Assembly: GCA_001029775.1 (NCBI GenBank)
Contig: CP011215.1
Coordinates: forward strand, 274,685 to 338,684
Origin: Candidatus Campbellbacteria bacterium GW2011_OD1_34_28
GTDB lineage: Bacteria > Patescibacteriota > Minisyncoccia > Phycocordibacterales > UBA12079
Direction: 5' to 3'
DNA: 64,000 nt
This document shows positions 58,687-64,000 of the stretch, piece after piece (positions within the stretch are counted from its first letter, which is position 1; each line of letters starts with the position of its first letter). The notes under the pieces are model-generated. The model did not search any database and was not told where the DNA came from. It was given only the letters and a program-made list of their open reading frames with translations. Made by a program: the position numbers and the translations under genes.

Positions 58687-58875
58687 ATATACAGGACGGA
58701 ATTTGCCGTAAGGCAAATTCCGTCCTTTTGTTTTTTAAATTTTATAATTTATTTACAAATTAGACCTGCCTGCCGTGTCGTTGCTCTTCTTTCAGAAAAG
58801 AGGCAGGAATTAGGATTTAGAAATTGGAGTGTCTAAGACAAAAAACATCGAGCAGTTGCTCGATGTTTTTTTGTT

Positions 58876-59433
58876 TTAGACACGACCGGTGTATTCGCCC
58901 TTTTCTGTATTTATTTCTATAATATCTCCTTCTTTTACGAAAATAGGAACTCCGATTGTTGCCCCTGTTTCTAACACAACAATTTTGTTTGCTCCTGTGG
59001 CTGTGTTTCCTTTAACTGCAGGAGGAGCTTCTTTTACTAAAAGTTGCACCTTGATAGGCAATGTTATTCCAATGGTTTTGTCTCCAAAAAGTTGAGCTTC
59101 AACAAGAGAGTTTTGCTTCATAAACTGTGATCCTGTTATTATTTCTTCTGGCAGACTAAATCGTTTACTTGGATCTTTTTCTTCACAAAACCAAAATTCT
59201 CCACGATTAGTAAAGAGATATTTTATCTTTTTTCTTTCGATGTTAGCTTCGTCAGCTTTTTCTGATTGGTGAAAAGATTTTTCTGTAACTTTTCCAGTAA
59301 TCAAATTCTTTAATTTTGTCTGGTTAACAGGTTTTCTTTGTTGCTTTCTAAATACATGAGAAGAAAGCACCTCATAAGGCTCTCCGTCTACTACAATGTA
59401 TTTTCTTTCTTTAATTTCGTTGTAATCTAACAT
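58876..59433 (-). CDS. efp: Elongation factor P
   Basis: DGEPYEV, KLKNLITG, PAVKGNTA, LETGA...VPIFVKEGD...INT. Confidence 0.95.
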   Translation of the reverse strand: MLDYNEIKERKYIVVDGEPYEVLSSHVFRKQQRKPVNQTKLKNLITGKVTEKSFHQSEKADEANIERKKIKYLFTNRGEFWFCEEKDPSKRFSLPEEIITGSQFMKQNSLVEAQLFGDKTIGITLPIKVQLLVKEAPPAVKGNTATGANKIVVLETGATIGVPIFVKEGDIIEINTEKGEYTGRV

Positions 59434-59606
59434 AAATTTAAATTCTAATCCTTTAATAGGGGATAGCTTACATATTTTCTGTGAATAATTCAAGTGTTAG
59501 GGCTACGAGCTATTATTTATAAGCTCATCGTTTCGTTTATTTTCGTTTTGTTTTTCTCTAGTTTTTTATTAAATCTTTAAATTTTTAAATCTTTAAATAT
59601 AAAAAT

Positions 59607-60611
59607 CTACGATTTTTTCAATTCCTCCTTAATTTTTTTGAATATTTCCGCAGAAACCTTTTTGTTTTCCTTCAAAAATGTTCTTGTGTTGTCATATCCA
59701 ACCGCGAGCTTTTCTTCTTCATAGCTATAAGTAGCTCCTTTTTTTACAATGATTCCAAATTTTTCTCCAAGAGCAATCATTTCTCCTTCTTTTGAAATAC
59801 CTTCGTCATACATCAAATCAAATTCGGCAACTCTGAATGGGGGAGCGACTTTGTTTTTTACTACCTTTACTCTCACTCTTCCGCCAATTACATCTTCACC
59901 TTTTTTAATTTGAGCGATTCTTCTCACATCCAATCTAACAGAAGTATAAAATTTTAATGCCTTTCCTCCGGGTGTTGTCTCTGGATTTCCAAACATAACC
60001 CCAATCTGCATTCTTATTTGGTTGATGAAGATAACCGTTGTTTTGCTTTTTGCAACAATCGCGGTAAGTTTTCGAAGTGCCTGAGACATCAGTCGGGCTT
60101 GTTTTCCCACATGGTGAGCCCCCATATCGCCCTCAATTTCGTCCTTTGGAGTAAGAGCAGCTACCGAGTCCACAACAACTATATCCACCTTTCCAGATCT
60201 AACCAAACTTTCTGTGATTTCAAGAGCCTGTTCACCATTGTCGGGCTGAGATACCAATAATTCTTTTATGTTTACACCGATTTTTTTTGCATATTCTGGG
60301 TCTAGAGCGTGTTCGGCATCAACAAAGGCACAGATACCTCCTTCTTTTTGAGCTTGGGCTACCGAATGAAGGGCAAGGGTGGTTTTCCCAGATGATTCTG
60401 GACCAAATATTTCAATTATTCTTCCTCGGGGGATTCCTCCAACACCTAGGGCGTGGTCAAGACTGATTGAGCCAGTAGAAATAGCACCTACATCTACTCT
60501 CGGTGCATCACCCAATTTTATTATAGCCCCCTCTCCAAATTTTGTTTGAATTTGAGCAATTGTATCTTCAATTCCCAAATTATCTTCTTTTTTTGTTGTT
60601 TTCTTTGCCAT
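59607..60611 (-). CDS. recA: Recombinase RecA
   Basis: [36 protein letters not shown]. Confidence 0.99.
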   Translation of the reverse strand: MAKKTTKKEDNLGIEDTIAQIQTKFGEGAIIKLGDAPRVDVGAISTGSISLDHALGVGGIPRGRIIEIFGPESSGKTTLALHSVAQAQKEGGICAFVDAEHALDPEYAKKIGVNIKELLVSQPDNGEQALEITESLVRSGKVDIVVVDSVAALTPKDEIEGDMGAHHVGKQARLMSQALRKLTAIVAKSKTTVIFINQIRMQIGVMFGNPETTPGGKALKFYTSVRLDVRRIAQIKKGEDVIGGRVRVKVVKNKVAPPFRVAEFDLMYDEGISKEGEMIALGEKFGIIVKKGATYSYEEEKLAVGYDNTRTFLKENKKVSAEIFKKIKEELKKS

Positions 60612-60771
60612 GTTTTTCAAAAGCTTATAGCTATATAGCTTATAGTTTATAGCAAGATTTTTTAAAACCTGGCTATCGGCTATTGGCTATCGGCTGTTGG
60701 CTTAATTTAATTTTTAATTAAACTTTATATTCTCTTTACTTGTAAAAAGTCCAATACTTTTACCTTACACC

Positions 60772-61122
60772 TTACTCCTTGTAAACCACTTCAATCTCTT
60801 TTTTTTCTATTCTTCCAAATTTGTCTTTTAATTCAAATTCAAAAACATTATATCCAAGAGATAAAATTATTTTTTCGTTGAACAAATTATTTTCATCAAT
60901 AAAAATCTGTCGTCCGTTCAGTGTGATGTATGATGCATTTTTAATCGAACCTTTTATGTTTAAAGAGGGGATATTGAGAGTTCCTCCATCTGCAGGATAT
61001 TCTATTTTCACCACAGGTCCTTTTATGATGGCTCTGGTTTGATAAAAACTGTAAAAAGCGATGCTGATGAAAACAACAAATACAATTATGTTTCTTGCTA
61101 CTTTTGAACCAATTTTATTCAT
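60772..61122 (-). CDS. Membrane-anchored Ig-like hypothetical protein
   Basis: TM; LNGR.I...LSLGYN...DKFG. Confidence 0.7.
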   Translation of the reverse strand: MNKIGSKVARNIIVFVVFISIAFYSFYQTRAIIKGPVVKIEYPADGGTLNIPSLNIKGSIKNASYITLNGRQIFIDENNLFNEKIILSLGYNVFEFELKDKFGRIEKKEIEVVYKE

Positions 61123-61171
61123 CTCATTTTTTACTTGGAAACCCGGTTTCCAAGTGATTTATTTGTTATCT

Positions 61172-63433
61172 CTATAATTCTCTGGAACCTTCTTCGGCGT
61201 CTTCTTCATTTAAATATCCGTTTGTTTGAGTATTTGTTGTGACAGAATTTTCTTCTTTGCCAATCAGTACTTCTCTTGGTTTTGATCCATCTGCAGGACC
61301 GATGACACCTCTTTCCTCCAACATGTCCATCAATCTCGCTGCTCGGGCATAACCAACACGCAATTTTCTTTGAATATAAGAAGTAGAAGCTTTTCCAATC
61401 TTGATTACTTCTTCTCGTGCGGATTCATACAGATCATCACTGTCGTCGCTGTTCAAATCTCCGTCCAAGATTCCCTCGAACAAAACATTTTTGTCAGTCC
61501 CTGCCACGCTGATATCGATTTCGTCAGGAATTTCGTCTTCATAGGCTCTTTTGAGGAATTTAACAACATCTTTTACCTCCGTTTCAGATATAAATGCTGC
61601 TTGAATACGACGAGGTTTTGACATATCGCCAGATAAATAAAGCATATCTCCGGCTCCTAACAATTTTTCTGCACCACTTTGGTCAAGAATTGTTCGTGAA
61701 TCTACTTGTGAAGCTACTTGCAAGGCTACTCTGGTAGGGACATTGGCTTTGATCAAACCTGTAATAACATTTACCGACGGTCTTTGAGTAGAGAGAATAA
61801 GGTGGATACCCACGGCACGACTCATTTGTGCCAATCTAACAATTGCCGACTCTAATTCTCTTGGGTATGTCTGCATTATATCTGCCAATTCGTCTATGAT
61901 GACTACTATATAAGGCATTGTTTCTGGCATTTCTGACTCATCAATCTCTTTTTTACTTTCCAATTTCTTTTTTGCGGGTTCTAAAATATTTTTGTGATAT
62001 GACTGGATATCTCTTACTGACAATCCTTCCAATATTTCATAGCGTCTTTCCATTTCTTTGATTGCCCATTTTAAAGAAAGGATCGCTTTTTTGGGATCGG
62101 TAATAACTGGTGTTAATAGGTGAGGAATGTTTTTGTACAAAGTCAGCTCTACTCTTTTTGGGTCAATCATCAACAATCTCAAATCTTCTGGATTGTTTCT
62201 ATATAATAGAGAAGTTATCAAGGTATGGATTGTTACAGACTTTCCAGAACCTGTTGATCCCGCAATTAGCATATGCGGAGCTTTTGCCAAGTTTGTAAAA
62301 TGTGAATTCCCAGAAATGTCTTTTCCGAGGGCAATCGTTAGAGGATGTTCTGCATCTTGAAATTTTGGAGATTCAAACAATGTCGCAAGACCTACGGTTG
62401 TCTTTGTACTGTTTGGAATTTCAATTCCAACTAGTGCCTTTCCAGGGATAGGAGCTTCTATTCGGAGAGGGTGTGCAGCAAGAGCCAATGATAGATCATT
62501 TTGTAATGCGACAATTCTGGAAAGTTTTACTCCTTCGGCAGGTTTCAATGCATATCGTGTAACTGACGGCCCGATAGAAATCTCATCCATCTCAACGATG
62601 ATTCCAAAATTTTGTAGGGCTCTTTTTATAATGTTTGCGTTTGCTTTGATATCTCCAACTCCGGGCTTGCCTTTGTCTTTTGACAAGATGCTCAAGGGTA
62701 GGGTAATTTGTTTTTTACTAAAGAATTTTTTCTTCTTTGTTTCTTCTATTTTTTCATCAAAATTTTCTTCTTCGCTTTTCTTTCCAAAACCGAGCATTCC
62801 TTTGAGAGATTTTTCAGCTGTATTTTTTGCGAGAGCTGGTTCCTCGGCCTCATCTTCTTCCTCCAAAATTTCTTCTACGGTTTCGTCCTCTTCGTCTTCT
62901 ATATTTTCTTTTTTCTCTTTTTTCCAAAACATCAGAGATTTGAAATCGGGAGTAGTATCAAAAATTATTACGATAGAAACAACCAATAGGGTAGAGAGAA
63001 TCAAGAGGCCTGCAAGGACGTCAAAAAGTTTTATCACAGGAGACGAAATTAAATTTCCGATCAAGCCCCCTTCGTTTTGTATCGCGATATCAATTATTCC
63101 GAGACCTGAGAGAATAAAAATTATAGAACCCAAAATTCTGACTGTCGTAAAATCTGTTTTAACTTCTTTTGCATAAGAAACACCCAAAATAAAAAATAAG
63201 GCAGGAAGAAGAAAATATCCGATACCTAACATGTATGTCATCCAATCAAACAAGGTGCTTCCCACCATTCCTCCTTTTTGGAAAGATGCTAATACAAAAA
63301 ACAGAGCAAGAACAAAGAATGCTATTGATACCAGCCAGTGAATTGTTTCTGTTTTTAAGTTCAAGTTAATCTTTTTTTCTTCAAATATTTTTGAGTCTTT
63401 TTTTGAATTCTTCTGTGTTTTTTTCTTGGCCAT
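61172..63433 (-). CDS. ftsK: DNA translocase FtsK/SpoIIIE
   Basis: 4TM N-terminus, HMLIAGSTGSGKS, IDELAD, gamma domain IQRKLRVGYARA. Confidence 0.98.
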   Translation of the reverse strand: MAKKKTQKNSKKDSKIFEEKKINLNLKTETIHWLVSIAFFVLALFFVLASFQKGGMVGSTLFDWMTYMLGIGYFLLPALFFILGVSYAKEVKTDFTTVRILGSIIFILSGLGIIDIAIQNEGGLIGNLISSPVIKLFDVLAGLLILSTLLVVSIVIIFDTTPDFKSLMFWKKEKKENIEDEEDETVEEILEEEDEAEEPALAKNTAEKSLKGMLGFGKKSEEENFDEKIEETKKKKFFSKKQITLPLSILSKDKGKPGVGDIKANANIIKRALQNFGIIVEMDEISIGPSVTRYALKPAEGVKLSRIVALQNDLSLALAAHPLRIEAPIPGKALVGIEIPNSTKTTVGLATLFESPKFQDAEHPLTIALGKDISGNSHFTNLAKAPHMLIAGSTGSGKSVTIHTLITSLLYRNNPEDLRLLMIDPKRVELTLYKNIPHLLTPVITDPKKAILSLKWAIKEMERRYEILEGLSVRDIQSYHKNILEPAKKKLESKKEIDESEMPETMPYIVVIIDELADIMQTYPRELESAIVRLAQMSRAVGIHLILSTQRPSVNVITGLIKANVPTRVALQVASQVDSRTILDQSGAEKLLGAGDMLYLSGDMSKPRRIQAAFISETEVKDVVKFLKRAYEDEIPDEIDISVAGTDKNVLFEGILDGDLNSDDSDDLYESAREEVIKIGKASTSYIQRKLRVGYARAARLMDMLEERGVIGPADGSKPREVLIGKEENSVTTNTQTNGYLNEEDAEEGSREL

Positions 63434-63634
63434 ATTTTAGTGTATAGAATTTAGGGTTTAGTATTTTTTATAGGTATATAAGGGTAAATTTTTGCTTCAT
63501 AAAAATTTACCCTTATACAGCTGATTATATCATACAGAGCCTTTTATTTTCTCATTGAAACTGTTTATTATTTGGATTAAATAAAATTAGAAGAGTTGTT
63601 TGCTAAATCCTTATTTAAAGCCATAAAATATTCT

Positions 63635-63919
63635 TGTCTTTTATGTCTTTTACGCTATAATGGACAGTATAGAGAAATGTCTTTTACATCAAAAAGACAT
63701 TTTAAAAAACTTATAAAAGACATTATGAATATCATAAAAGACATAGTTAAAAAGGACACTCAAAATCTTTCGGAAGAACAAGCTTTTTTGATACAAGGAA
63801 AGTTGGAGAAAATAATTATGGCTATCTATATGGTGACAGAATTCTTCCCAAAACAAGAACCTCTAAAATATAGTTTGAGAGAAAAGAGTGTGAGTTTTTT
63901 GTCCTTTATAATGTCCTTG
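63635..63919. promoter_or_regulatory. Cluster of AAA(A/G)GACA / TGTC(T/C)TTT octamers
   Basis: About nine copies in both orientations around a TATAAT and the next gene start. Confidence 0.6.
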
Positions 63920-64000
63920 AAAAACGACTCTTCGGAACACAAAAACGAAATACTCTCTCTTTCGTCCGAGATCAATTCTTTATTAAAATTATCTGCCTCT
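63725..64000 (+). CDS. Hypothetical protein, four-helix-bundle-like N-terminus (runs off the window)
   Basis: Open frame MNIIKD...KLEKIIMAIYMVTEFFPKQEPLKYSLRE. Confidence 0.7.
   Translation, partial: MNIIKDIVKKDTQNLSEEQAFLIQGKLEKIIMAIYMVTEFFPKQEPLKYSLREKSVSFLSFIMSLKNDSSEHKNEILSLSSEINSLLKLSAS

Noticed and set aside
57114..58876. Integron cassette array
   Set aside because: No integron integrase, and the hairpins lack RYYYAAC/GTTRRRY ends
1..64000. CRISPR array
   Set aside because: No regularly spaced repeats with unique spacers and no cas genes

Overview
AT-rich bacterial chromosome segment whose gene content points to a Patescibacteria (CPR, Parcubacteria-like) genome: pilMNO, rplK with no following rplA, a His-phosphatase domain inserted in IleRS, alpha2-type GlyRS, short MetRS and a giant surface protein. 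The taxonomic call is inference. Housekeeping genes (rarA, ruvX, rplS, secE-nusG-rplK, argS, ileS, recO, glyQS, metG, tatD, rpsF-ssb-rpsR, efp, recA, ftsK) are interleaved with a defence island (type I RM carrying DUF4145, DUF3800-like and Panacea/RelE-like genes, plus a mini DpnI-like gene) and many stand-alone, Shine-Dalgarno-led accessory cassettes. There are five intact tRNAs (Ser-TGA, Arg-TCT, Val-TAC, Leu-GAG, His-GTG) and two aberrant tRNA-like sequences. The most striking unexplained signal is a ~190-220 bp element just 3' of tRNA-Arg and tRNA-Val: a conserved structured scaffold flanked by an antisense and a sense copy of each host tRNA's own 3' end, with an HNH nuclease gene next to one copy. 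Other leads are an unannotated 33-aa Cys peptide plus radical SAM/SPASM operon, an MlaA lipoprotein, two promoter-terminator small-RNA units, a nusG-rplK leader copied in front of recA, and nested miniature palindromic repeats. No CRISPR array, rRNA, integrase or transposase was seen. All product calls come from motif recognition by eye, not database searches.
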